From NCBI GenBank assembly GCA_949358305.1, contig OX442314.1, positions 23,436,001 to 23,500,000 on the forward strand: 64,000 nucleotides of DNA. The letters run 5' to 3'. This stretch comes from Strigamia acuminata. Lineage: Eukaryota. This document shows positions 1 through 13,179 of this stretch, in pieces. The stretch's first letter is position 1. Every line of letters begins with the position of its first letter. The notes under the pieces are model-generated. The model worked only from the letters and a program-made list of their open reading frames with translations. It had not been told where the DNA came from and did not search any database. The translations under genes were made by a program, and so were the position numbers.

Positions 1-3000
1 AGCCGGCTGATTGTTATGGCGTCTGACAACAGGTGAACACAATTTCAACCTGATTCCAGTCAGTTTAAATTTCATCATCCATCCGCAAAGCAGGTGCAAC
101 TTATCCTGGCATCTGATTCGGAAGGTTTTTAATGAATTGACCCCGAGCAACGAGGGGAGAACGAGGGAATGTCATGCAAAGGCACGTGCGAACGAAATTT
201 AAACCCCCCCTGTGTTTTCCCCGTCAGAACGTGTACAAGGGGCTTGGTTTTGTGGTCGACGAGAATTACAGTTTGATAATATTTGACCACTTACGAGTGT
301 GGGAATTGAAAAAATAAAATTAAAAAAATATCTTTTAACATTCGTGTTCGGTTGTACGTTTTAGAAAAAAAATCGTGTTGGTTGAGTGTTAATGAATTCA
401 AATTCTCACTCACTTGACCCGAAGTTAAAATTAAAGGCCATAAATCACTATCTCAACCTGTTCAACTTCTGATTACAGACATAAACACATTTATGGGCTA
501 ATCACTCATCTTCTAGGGGAGTTGATTGGAGGAAAAAAAGCCAATTGGTTACTGTGGTAACCGGATGAGAAATCGATTGATAATAAATTACATCATTTTA
601 ACGCTGCTAGAATTGTTTCCGGACAATAATCGCATTAAATTAAATCCTCAAACTCATCACCAATTCAATTTTATACAAAATAAAATTTATTTAAAATTTT
701 AAAAAAAAAATTAAAAAATTAAATTCTTTTTATAATTTTGATATATTTAAGACCGTGGAAGAAAGAACTGCAATCGTAAATAAATTTAACTTTTAAAAAA
801 AATTTATTAAAATAGATGTTTTTTCAAATTTATTTAAATGCAAAAAAAAAAAAACAACTTGGGTCGTTTGCAGCTATTCAGTCGTTCCATACAAAATGCT
901 GCAAAATGCGCGTCACGTGACATGAATGATATCCAAGTGCATCACCCCTGAGGAAAATGATGCGAAAATATTTAGACCTCCTACGTTAGCCCGAAGAGGA
1001 CAAGTGCTAATCATGGACAATGACGTTAATTGCTAATTAAGGCTGCGTTTATAAATTACCACCACCGGGATGTACCATGATTTGCCATTCAGTGTGGCTG
1101 TTGAAGTTTTAAGTGTATTCTCATGTTCATCTACAAGCAAAACGTGCATAAATTAAATGCAACGTAATTGCATCCTTGGAGCCGAAATAACCGAAAAACT
1201 GCAAAAGGTCAATTTCAAAGATTAATCCCAAATTTACACAAAAAAAAATAAAATAAAATAAAATAAAATAAAATATAGAAAAAACAAAATCAAAAAAATT
1301 GTTTACTGTAAACCAGTCACATAATTAACAAATGTACTCAATTTCCAACTAGTACAAAAACTATTAATGCTCTGCTGTGCAAACATCCAGTTTATGGTCT
1401 ATAAAATTGTTGCTTCTGACTCATTTTAAAACCGATTCCTTTCCGATATTTAACCATAATTGCACACTATGGCCACCAGAAGGTTATTTTTTTACAACGA
1501 GCCATCAGGAATGTCTCGAAGACGTCAGCTAAACTGCATTTAAAAACGAAAACCCAACTTAAATATTTGAAAGAATCAACCGCATGACATTTAACGTGCA
1601 ATAAATTGCAGATTAGCGTGTTTGTAGCCCTTGTTTGTATCGAACGCACTCATTTTTAAGTGCAGCAAAAAAAAAAAAATAAAAGAAAGAAAGCAAGAAA
1701 GAGACTCAACAAGTCAACACGAAAAAAGTAGTTAAAATTCGCCAAATGTACTTTTTTCGCCATGCTCAAAATCTGACAGATAGTACCAGAGTTATAATTA
1801 CACCACTTATGCCTTGTTTACATAAGCGAAGCTTGACGAAACCTCTTTATTTTTGATAATGAACTTGTATAATGTCGGAGGTCGAATTCGTTCTTGGAGG
1901 TCACGAACCAACGAACGGGTTAATCATGTGTTAAAGTGAGGTCCTTAGCCCGCATTTTGTCTCCACTTAATTTTTTTTCTCTCTCTCTCTCTCTTCTCCT
2001 CCCTGTTATCTTCCAATTCCAAAATCCGACAGGAAATTTGCAGTTTGTGGTGCCAAAACGGCTCTTCCACTCAATTATTTGCATGACTGCGAGAATAAGT
2101 CCTCAACCCTTCGACCAGTCTTAATTAAGGAAAGAGTTGAATGTTACTTATCAACACACGTTATATTATATACATTGTTAGAATAAAAACTAACGAAAAC
2201 GAGCGGAAAGAAGAAAAAAAAAGCATTCTTCCTAATGAAATGTAATAAATCAAGCGAGAAACGCAACTTTTTCCCAATTCAATTAATGTCATTTATCGAA
2301 ACAAACTAAAGCTCGTGACAGGTCGTTTATATCAAATCATTAGCATAAAGGCAAAAATGTAGCATCATCGTGCCAATTAATTAAATAGCGAGTCAATTTA
2401 AAAATAAACCCCATCGTTGAAAAAAATTGACCACGCCCTTCGAAATGGGTCAACTCTTTGAAGCCTCCGATGTGCGAACTGTGCAGAAAAAACATCAATC
2501 CATAAGCATGCGCACAAGCAATTCTTTTCGCCCAAAAAAAATAAATAAAAACTTGTTTTAATAACCTGAAAACGTATTCATCTTCTCACGTTCCGTGCAC
2601 GTCCAGTCTCTTCCTTTTCCCCATCACGCTTCAATTAAATTATCATCACATTCGATCTTTTTTCTTATTTCTAAATCAGTGTCCAGACATATCCTGTCAT
2701 GTTATGCTTAATCATCATCGCCTATTCTTTTGTCTTATCGTTGAAAAATCGTTAACAATAACTCAAACAATTTGACCACGTTCCAGATTCAGTTTGCAAA
2801 GATCCATTTGATAATAGTACAGCAGTCAAAAGAAGGAAGGGAAAAAAAACACATTCGCCAATGAATAAGTGTTCTTTCAATGCATTTGTACCCCATTGTA
2901 CTTGCATATCCTGTTCTTTACCTTCATTACACGTGTGTTACACTTAAATAAGCAAGTCCCATAAGGAAAAACCCAGAAACAATCCCAATCACCACAAAAC

Positions 3001-3103
3001 TTTGTCAGTGACAAATTATATTGCCATGTGTCATCCGAAGCAAAAATACAAACACAGCACACATTAGCATTGCGCAAATACTCTAATAAAACGCGGCATG
3101 CAC

Positions 3104-3681
3104 ATTCAATGTCTAAATTGGCAAAAACAATAGAATTCAATATCTAAATTGAACAAGCGACTAAATTCAATAACTAAATTGAACAAAATGACTTAAATAA
3201 ACGTGCAAATTGAACAAAACGACTAAAATAAATGTCCAAATTGAACAAAACTACTAAAATAAATGTCTAAATTGAACAAAACGACTAAAATAAATGTCCA
3301 GATTGAACAAACGACTAAAATAAATGTCCAAATTGAACAAAACGACTAAAATAAATGTCCAAATTGAACAAAATGACTAAAATAAATGTCCAGATTGAAC
3401 AAAACTACTAAAATAAATGTCTAAATTGAACAAAACGACTAAAATAAATGTCCAAATTGAACAAAACGATTAAAATAAATGTCTAAATTAAACAAAACGA
3501 CTAAAATAAATGTCCAAATTGAACAAAACTACTAAAATAAATGTCCAAATTGATAAAAACTACTAAAATAAATGTCCAAATTGAACAAAACTACTAACAA
3601 AATGTCCAAATTGAACAAAACGACTAAAATAAATATCCAAATTGATAAAACTACTAAATTAAATGTCCAAATTGAACAAAA
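3104..3681. repeat. 31-bp minisatellite, about 18 copies
   Basis: Tandem unit CTAAAATAAATGTCCAAATTGAACAAAACGA, more degenerate at both ends; explains the spurious ORFs at 3532-3802. Confidence 0.95.
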
Positions 3682-4420
3682 CTCGCATTCTATTATAGCA
3701 TTGACGGTACATCTCAATTTTAGCGAGCAAAGGGCATCAAAATACTGGCTTTGCTGTATGCATCTTGTCTCTGTAAAGAAATGGAAAAACGAGATTACTT
3801 AATCCCATCTGTTGCTTTCAAAACTACATCATCACAACGGCCCAAAAATGAGACATAACTTGGGAGAAACTTTTCTGAAAGCTGAAAGAGTTTAAAAGGG
3901 GTCACATCACATCCGGTTCGTGTTTAACACCTACATGTGTCAGCATAATTTCTACACTGGACAAAACCTAAAAGCTCATCTTCATTTTTTTTTCTTGAAA
4001 ATATAACATTTTTTCCTGCACCCTCATGAATGAAAACACCCGCCAGGTCATCCGCCCTTTTACCCCGAACATCCTTCACCTTTTTTATTCCATTTTCGAT
4101 GGAAAAGGATGAGCAAAACAATGTTTATGGTGTGATGCAGCACAAAAAAGTCTAGTCGAGGTTTAAAGGTTAGAAAGGGGTCCCTTTTCATATCGAGGTC
4201 GAGGATGTTTCACCCACGATTTGCACCTCGAGGAAGAAATAATTAACATTTTTAAAGAGATATTTTTAATTAATGAAAACGGCTTTTTAATTACAACATT
4301 TTTGGTATTTAAAGGGTTAAAAGAATTTTCTCAACAAAAGAAAAAATTAAAAAAATACTGCTGGCATCTAGGTAATTCGTGATTGGCTAAAACAATTTTC
4401 TTTTTTATTTATAATTCTAG

Positions 4421-4547
4421 GTGTATTATCAAGCAGTGAAAGACATTGACTCGGGAGAAGAATTGCTTCTTAGAGACCGATCAACATTGTTCGCCGAACC
4501 GAGTGATCAGGTTCGATTAAGTGAATCGGACGACAACAAAACGAATG
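4421..4547 (+). CDS. ham: Internal coding exon of PRDM3/16 (hamlet/MECOM/PRDM16) gene; C-terminal end of the PR/SET domain. Upstream exons were not found in the window.
   Basis: T-rich tract and ttctAG acceptor ending at 4420, GTAAGC donor at 4548. Translates VYYQAVKDIDSGEELLLRDRSTLFAEPSDQVRLSESDDNKTN, matching the PR-domain motif (I/V)YY...KDI..GEELL. Ends in phase 1, compatible with the exon at 11400. Absent from the ORF track. Confidence 0.9.
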
Positions 4548-7500
4548 GTAAGCCTATTTTTTATTTATTTCCCGTGTCGTAACACTCAAAAATCCACAAA
4601 AACAACATCTTTAACACTAATTTGTTTATTAATAAATAATTCACACATTTTAACGCAAAAAAAAAATAATTTTAATAGAAAAACAAAACACACCTGGTCT
4701 GGTTCTCTGGTATCTGCTAGTAATCCAATTTAAAACTGTTTATCACTTCCGGTTCCGGTTATATCAGGGAATCAAGTTTACCTCGCACAGGTGTGAATGA
4801 TCACTCAGGGGCACTCAGTTGAGATGATTAAAAAGATAACGATCGATTCCAGATAAATCGATATCTTAACCTGAACCAATTCTCTATTTATTCTCAATCC
4901 GCACTTCCAGTTGAAAAAGTCAACTAATTTACAAGAAAAAGGCAGATAAAATGCTAAAAATGTTTGCCGCGAGCTCACAAATTCCTCTGTCCTGCAAACT
5001 ACTACTCCACTTTGTCCACACGTTCACCCCGAAGAATGCGTGCGCCTCTTAGTGAGTTAATTAGACGCTAAAATTTGTTCAATCTTCCCCCCCTTTTGTC
5101 ATTTTTTTTATTTTTTTTTATAATTTGCCCTCTTTCTATCACGAGTTTTCAGATTCTTTGTGTAACTCCTTCGCCATTTGTATAAGGAACTCTATCTGCT
5201 ATCCTAATTAAGCCCTAATCCCCCTTCCACCTCCATCTTCTATGGTTTGCTAATTAATAGCCTTAAGCTGCAACTACCAACTTCCACTTGTGAACAATGT
5301 AAAATTGCAACAAAAAATTCACAGAAGATCCAGAATAATTAAAACATTTTTGCCCCGCTTTGCCGAACCGCACCGCAGCGAAGCCCACATTTCTGCAAAA
5401 CCCTTTTCATTAGGAAGGATGTCAAGATTGATATTATCTCTCAATTGCGTTTTCATCGTCAAGTGATGTGATGACTGGCATGCACAGACCTGCAGGTGCC
5501 GTCACTTCAGAGAACAGAGTCCCGCAAAGGCTTATAAAGATGATTGAAAAGGCGTCCTCAATTGAAAATAAGACATATTTAGGCCTTGAGTTGAGTGTTA
5601 ATCTAGTTACAATTTTTTTTTTAAAATTATAAAAAAAAAAATAATAATATTTTTTATATACATTTTATTACGTATAGAAACAACCAAACACTCGATCCAT
5701 TCTAATGATACTTAATTTTAATGTGGTTAAAACTGTAATTTATAAATTAAAATCAAATATGTAAGAGCAGGTTGTTGGTCTTCGAAATTACTGGTTTTAT
5801 TAAGTAATATATATTTAAATCAGGCTTAATTTATTAAATGACAAGCGAGTATGTAGATTTATTTATTTATTTATTTATGATTTTTTTAAATGCCGGCTTT
5901 TTTAAATGTAAAAATGTAAAAATTTAAAATTAACTGCATTTCATTTTTCAGCACTTGTCAGTAAGATTTCAAAGTTAAAGTTCAATTAGGTGTACACTTT
6001 GACACAAGACACAGAGAGAGGGTGGGGTTTGTAATGGCTCCCAACATTAAGCGTTGATTTCCAATGTTCAACCAAGGATGCAGTTGACCCAACGGTCCTG
6101 AGGCTAATTACACTTTGTGGCCTCGAGATACAATGATTACCCGCTGACCATCCATTATTCATGGCGTTCCCTTCTGATACAAATATATCGTGCTTGCCGA
6201 TACACATGTTGTTTATTACACACTTTTTTTTTCTCTCCACAAACAGCAAACACACCTCTCAGGTGTTCGTGTTGCTACTTTTTATTTTATTTTATTATTT
6301 TTTATTTTTATTTTTTTTTTACTACACTTTCCGATCTTTGTCAATCATTTGCTGTTAATTCTTTCTAATTTGCAATTCCCGTCACTCAAAAACAGTAAAT
6401 TGCTTTTAATTCCCCTCGAATTACTTTGAAAAAAAAAAAGACTTTGATTTCATGCTTATAATTTTTAATTTTTAAATTACAACAAATCATGAGAAGATTA
6501 TCAAAAAATTTACCCAAAAAAAAAAAAAAAAAAATCATTCAAATAAATATTCAAAAATCATTAAAAAATATTTTACATTTTTCTCCAACTCGTGTTGTCA
6601 GGTTGCATTTATTGGTGCATCAGCAACAACAAAACAGAGAGACACATTGAAATCAATTGTTAAACAAACCTCATTATAGGACAGAAAAGCATAAAAGAGC
6701 AGCTGCTATGCCGTGAAGCTAACCACGCCTACACCGCACAGGGAAAGGAAAACGAAGTTTCAAATATTTCATGCAGAGGGGGGAGCGGAAAAAGACAAAA
6801 AAAAGAGTCAGAGATCACGCAGATGTAAACTGGTCATTGTTTCGTTGCGGCATTTAATTTCCGGTGTGTCCAGCGTCTTCCTATAGCCATGCATCGTCAC
6901 GACAACTAAACAAAACTGGGCTATGCTTATAAAGGTGGAACCAAATTTATCAAGGGAAGCAGGTGTCTGCGAGCCAAAAACCAGGGGTAATCAAACACGA
7001 GGGACCATACACCCATAGAAAAACAAAAACATAAATAAAATGCATCAGCCTCGTTTTCAGGTGACATAACTCAGGAATTTAGTTCATTTATACACAAGTT
7101 CACTCAACTCTTCTTGATCTTTCATTCACGTCTAATCCATTGTCATCTTTTTAGACACAATGACACTGAAAGTCTAGTCCACTTACCCGCGCAACAACAA
7201 GGTCAAGACCCCTCTCTTTCCTTCCCCACCTCTCCTTCAATAAACCCAGATCAAAGACCTTTGTGCTCTTTCGTCGCTTCGTTTGCATATTTCGTTTAAA
7301 TTGATTTGTTTACGTGTCGCGAAAAAGCAAACTTTCTCTCTGATCGAATAAAATGTGGGCGGGAAATCAATTGATTCGATTTTGCCACGCCTGATCCATT
7401 TCCATCACTTAATTGATGTCAAAGTATTTACGTTCCCACGCGAAATCACTCATCATCGCTCGAGTCTCCTCCCTCTCAATTTAATGACACACTAGAGAGA

Positions 7501-7785
7501 AGATTCCCCCATCTGCTGTGTCAACAGATTCATCGTTATTCCATCATGCAAACACACTATCAATCAACAAGTACATTGTATTATACGCAGGGGATCCATT
7601 TATAAACTGATTGTACTCATAAACCAACAGCAACTTTTCGTTTCTCAATATTGACCGATACATAAATTATCGAAGAAAAACAACAACAAAAAAACTCACT
7701 TTTACAACGCGTCAATCTCCTTTACCCCCCAATGCTAACACCAGGGCTGTACGCGTTACTGCAATTTGGTAACAACTTACCGTAA

Positions 7786-7941
7786 CAGTCGAAACTCTTT
7801 ACAACGAAATATCGATTCCTTATTATTATCGAATTTTTTTAACATAGTGTTCTATGGCCAGCCAACCAAACCAGCCATTTTTAGATATTCGTTATATCGA
7901 TAATTCGTTATATCGCGATTCGTTATAAAGAGTTTCGACTG
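7786..7941. mobile_element. MITE family A (Tc1/mariner-pogo-like), copy 1
   Basis: TIRs CAGTCGAAACTCTTTA(C/T)AACGAA ... TTCGTTATAAAGAGTTTCGACTG with subterminal TTCGTTATATCG repeats; homologous copies at 40431 and 63427. Confidence 0.85.
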
Positions 7942-10900
7942 TTTAGTAATTTAGCTAAAAAAGTAACTAGTTATCGTTACATTTTTACGTATAAATATAT
8001 AAATTTCGACTATCAAAAAAATAAAAATTATCATTAGTATAAAATTTAAACCTTGGTGTCCGTTAAGTGTTATAGGGAACCCCGGAAGTATACACAAGGC
8101 GCGACAAATTACTAGCAGGCTGTGGCGTTTTGCCTACCCATTCACGCATGCGTGAAATCCGAATGGGAGTAGAGCCCCATTCTATTGTCACCTGAAGCTC
8201 TCGTGCTCAAATCTCGGCTTGCGATGCATCAGTGCGGACAGGTGCATCATCTTCACCTGCCGGATGAGGGAAACTTTTCTCCATCACTGCCCTCTCGTGA
8301 CCATTCGAAAAACTCCAGCTGCCCTCCATATAGCTCGAAATGACCGCACCTTATACTTCTATCCCTCGGTGTAATCTCTTTATTAAATGACTGTCTCGTT
8401 AATAAAAACCCCACGTACCGGATCGCGCATTTTTTTCGCTCGCTTGTCTGATGGTCCACAACACTCACGGCTTTTTACCAGAGATAACTGAATTTTAAGA
8501 TAGGTTAAAAAACTCAAAAATACTAATTGGTAAGAAATTTAGGCCATATAATTTTTTTTTTTTAAAATTATTTACAAAAAATAATAATTTTTTTTTTTTT
8601 AGTTTTAAAAATTAATAATAGTTCCGTAAATACCGTTGTTCATACCGTACAACACCGATAAGCATCTCAGTTTACTTGATCTTGACACCAGTATTAGACA
8701 TTAATTTTCCTGGCTGACCGATGGTGGATTTTCATTTCACGTCTCTCGATCAACTTTGAAGATAAGTTGTCGCTGATGACAACACGCAATTCAAACTTAT
8801 AACAAACAAAAACACTCAAAACAAAAAAATAAATAAAAACAAAACGAAACAAAACAAAAAAAAAGCGGAAAAAAACCCACAATATAAATCTCATCGTATT
8901 TAATTAACTGCCGTAATAAAATTTATTTTTCTACGTTTTTTATCCCCATAAATTATCCATTTTTTAATCCCACAAACGATTCTCTAAGCACCCGGTGATA
9001 TTGCTTAAAATATATTTCCGACATTTACATTTTACCCCGAACGAGGCCCCACATTCTCGGACTATCATAAATTTATAAATATATTTTTTAAAATAAACAA
9101 AAAAAAAAAAAAAAAAAAAAAAAAAAGAATTTCCCCGCGAAACAATCAATTGAACAAACCTGAACATGGTCGGTCACCTTTGAAGGTGATTACCGGATAA
9201 ACCTCTTCTTCACATAATCGCATGTGGCGATCTCATCAAAATTCACTCCCACCTTACTCATTTGCCCAGATCCATGCCCATCATCCAAGACGTACAAGCG
9301 CTGAAGCTCTTTAATTATCAGCTTTATCTGCCAAACCAAACTTATCATATTTAAAAAAATATATATAAATTCCGAACGAAAGATGTGAGGTCAAGCACAC
9401 CCAGGGTCAAACTCATGACCAGTAAAAAAGGGTTAACAAATGATGCTCGTTCTCATCATCTTTTCCCTCATTTAATGCCATAAATTAACGACTTTTAACA
9501 CGCCGTAAACAGGAAACCATTACGACGTGCAAAGTAGAAAGATTATTTGCAAAAAAGTGAATATATTTTAAAAAATTATATATAAATTAACATTTTGCTT
9601 TTAACTGTGCGACATAAAACTACAATATTAATTTTTTTCGCCACATTTTTTCGAAGCTATAAATAAAAATGTACGACCATTTTTCACTTAGCAAGAACCA
9701 GTCAAAATTGCATCGCACTAACAATTTTTCACGCAGCAATTAAATCTAAGGGGGTCACGAGACTGGGAGATATGGCAGTGGGTGGGATGAGTGAGGGATA
9801 AATACAAGTTCTTCCAGTTAGTTGCCCGCATTTTTCTCTTTTAAAAAATGGCTAAATATCGAGTTTAAGGAATTAGCTGGGGAAAAATTGTTAACAATTA
9901 CCGAGCACAAGCTGACACTGAAAAAGGAAACATTTCAAATGACCACACCTGCTCAACTCAATCCAACCATTTGACAGCTAACTTAGCCACAGGTAACTAC
10001 ATCAATTTCTGGCCATTTAACACACCTCAGATTTTTTTATCTTCCCCTTATTCCCCCTCAAAACGTAAGTTATAGTTATTTACTGTTTTAAAACTTGTCT
10101 TCAACAAAATGGATTACTTTTACAATTATTGTGATTATAGCTTAACGAGTAGAACGACTCAGATTCAGGCTTCAAAATCCGAGAAAAAATCACCTTTCTA
10201 ACAGGAAAAAATACATAGAAATAACTAATAAGAAGTGAACAAACGTAAAACATATTTATATATATATTTTGTCAAAAAAAATAATATTTTTAACACTGAG
10301 TTTTGACGGTAATTTCATCCACTAGCCGGCGACAATCGACTTGTCTCGGCTGCAAGTTAGAAACTCCGTCCAAAAATTTTGTTTTTAAAAATCCAAAAAC
10401 CCACATGGTTCAAAAAATATATTTTACAATATATTACTTTTTCAATTAATGCATTCAAAAATGTACAGCATTTTTCAAAATTAAATATATTATTTGTACA
10501 AAGCATTTCATATTTGACAAATAATAACATTGGAAATGCATTTCATAATACATTTTACAAAACATTATCATTTACAAACCAATAGCACGCAACAATGTAT
10601 TACAAAATGCATTTCAAAATAAATAGCAATATAATTTCAATGTATTTTCGACACATATATAGAAAAACATGACAAAAACACATAAAATCCATAGATTTGC
10701 CAATATATCGATAACCGACGACCCAACCAAATCAAGTATTAATTACTTTTCTATATTTAACAAAATAAAAAAAAAAAATCTCGACTTGACCCATCTCATT
10801 ACACCTTTTATAACCAAGTGACCAATTCTTGCGCGTGTATTGAAGGTGTGGAGTGGGTGTTGCAAACTAGTGCGCGTCACTTGTTGCTATAACAACAAGC

Positions 10901-11399
10901 TTGCAAACAGAAACGCCGATTGAAGACCGGCGTGAATATTTCATGGACCCCACGACGCCCGTCACAGCATCGCATCTCCCTCCCACCCACGGCTCCGACC
11001 TGCGGGAGCCGCGACAAGTGGGATTGTGGGGCACCCACGCATTTTCACCAACAACTCCGAAACGGACATCTTTGTCGTGCTGAGTTAGTCCGCGCGCTTT
11101 AACTGACAGGTATAACATTCTTCCGCCGCCCCCTTATCAAACAGACCCCTCAAAGACACACCTCGAGGGGGGGTCCATCAAAACCGGATATTTTTTTCCC
11201 AAGAAAAAAAAAAACAAAAAACAAAAATTACGACCCAAATCTCATTTCGCTAATCCCATAATGCACTGTTTTATTATAATTAATCATTTTATTCCCCATT
11301 TTCATCGAAAATTTCACGAAACATTTCCTCCGCGTCATCCGAGTGACAAATGAGTGTATACGAATTGGTTTGCTCATTTCTTCCCGTTTTGCGTTCCAG

Positions 11400-11670
11400 G
11401 TGGTGCAGAGCAGTCGCTACATCGCATCACATTAGGAAATAGCTCGTCGCCGACTTTCCAGCTTGATTCGTCCGACCCATTGTTGCATCAGTTCGATCTC
11501 GGACATCACTCCGAACTCAGCGACAACTTTGCCTTCAGCCAAGACTCGAGTTCGCCCGATCCAGCTCGAGAAGACGCTACAGGTGCCTCATCCATATTAG
11601 GCGCTTCTTCGACTCGTGGAGGAATCTACAAGTGCGTCGCTTGCGAGCAGAGTTTTGCGGACGTTTTGAG
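11400..11670 (+). CDS. ham: Internal coding exon of PRDM3/16 gene; Ser-rich linker and first half of a C2H2 finger
   Basis: Pyrimidine tract and ttccAG acceptor (11398-11399), GTAAGA donor at 11671. Lies inside ORF 11354..11674 and ends YKCVACEQSFADVLR. Phase 1 in and phase 2 out, matching both neighbouring exons. Confidence 0.9.
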
Positions 11671-13093
11671 GTAAGATGTGTGTAAATAACATTGACCTAT
11701 GGTTCGTGGGAAGTGAATTCGAGTCCATTTTGGGAAAACCGGACAGTTTTGAGTCCATAAATTTGATAACACTCAAAATCATGCATTTAAATGCACGAAT
11801 TTTACCTGCACAAACCGAATTAGAACAAGAAATTTCGTTCCAAACCGAATCAAACAGTTTAAGTAATAACTCTCCGTGTGTATATAAATCAAATAATAGT
11901 AAAAGTCAAATTTAATAACAATCATTTTAAACGCACAAAGTTTACTGTTATATGCATTTTGAGTTATTAATTAATTATTTTTACGACAAAAAATGAGTTC
12001 GATAAACTTTCAATTAAAAAAAGAAGTCTTTTCCACCGTTTACTAACTGGTCTCCAACTGCTCCAAATACAAAAACATTTTTTTCTTATTATACGACAAT
12101 TAATAATAAAAAAAAAAAAAATATGGCCGCTTAAATCTCCCGAGAGATGAATTCAACCAATGGGCGCGAGTCGCGTCCATTTAGACCAAAAGGTCCGAAT
12201 TCTCCCCAAAAATTACGACCTTTCTAAAACAACATTTCTCACCTCAATAAAACCTTAGGGTGTCTTAAAATCTTGAGGGACCCTTTATAAAAATCCAAGT
12301 ATTTATTTTAAAGATTATACGTGATAAACGCCACTTTTTTCACATGTCACGTGGTTCACTGACACGACATTTTTTTCAAAAAGCAAGTGCATACAGTAAT
12401 CGCAAAAAGTAAAAAAAAAAAAAAAGTATCTAACAGCTACCTGCCTTCACCATTTGTTTTTTCTTGTACAAATAAGTCCCCAAATTTTTTTTCTTCCCCC
12501 TAAGGTGAACTAACCTCATTTCTTCTTCTTTACTTGACCCATCCCTCCTCGCCCCTCACTTCACCTGCCCATACCACTTGTTAAACATAACTTGAAATAT
12601 TTTTGGCTCTGCCCACCTGTGGTTTCATGTTTTGACATTTTTGGCACACCATTTAACAATGTGCGCAACACGGCCGAAGCATTCTACCAAAACCACACCG
12701 TACCCAATAAAACGTCATTAATTTCGTTTCCAAGACAACCCTCCAAAAAAAAATACTAATAAAACATAAATAGTGTTGGCCGGATCGGATGCACGAGCCA
12801 TGCACGGAAACTTCTCTAGTTGAGAGCAGAGGTCGTTCTTCTTACATCACACTCATATTGATATGTTTCCTCGTCGCTATAGTAACAAAAAAATGGTCAA
12901 AGTGAACAAACGGTGTCTGGACGCAGATGGCGCTTCACATAGAGAAAAAAAAAAGGGGGAGGGGAAAGTTGAATCACAATATGACAGCGAAGCTTAATTT
13001 GCCTGTTGCATTAGATGTGGTTTATTTATTCAAAAAATATGCGGGAGGAATTTTTTTACGAACAAAAACGCCGTAATGTATTCTATAACGTAC

Positions 13094-13179
13094 GTCTAAG
13101 AACACGCCGAAACAAGGCGAAACCGCGAATGGCTCATTAAATTAGTTATGGCTCTTCTATAGATCGACCAAATTCTACT
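13094..13179 (+). pseudogene. Degenerate fragment of the 5' region of 18S rRNA, intronic
   Basis: GTCTAAGAACACGCCGAAACAAGGCGAAACCGCGAATGGCTCATTAAATTAGTTATGG matches the conserved 18S segment ...GTCTAAGT...GAAAC(C/T)GCGAATGGCTCATTAAATCAGTTATGG; flanks are not rDNA. Confidence 0.85.

Noticed and set aside
3104..3802. 31-bp array as a CRISPR array or repeat protein
   Set aside because: Head-to-tail units without unique spacers in a eukaryotic intron, no cas genes; the ORFs are by-products of the repeat.
7742..7980. Possible older hAT-like element around MITE copy 1 (CAGGGCTG..., GTTAC/GTAAC repeats)
   Set aside because: No right TIR or TSD could be identified.
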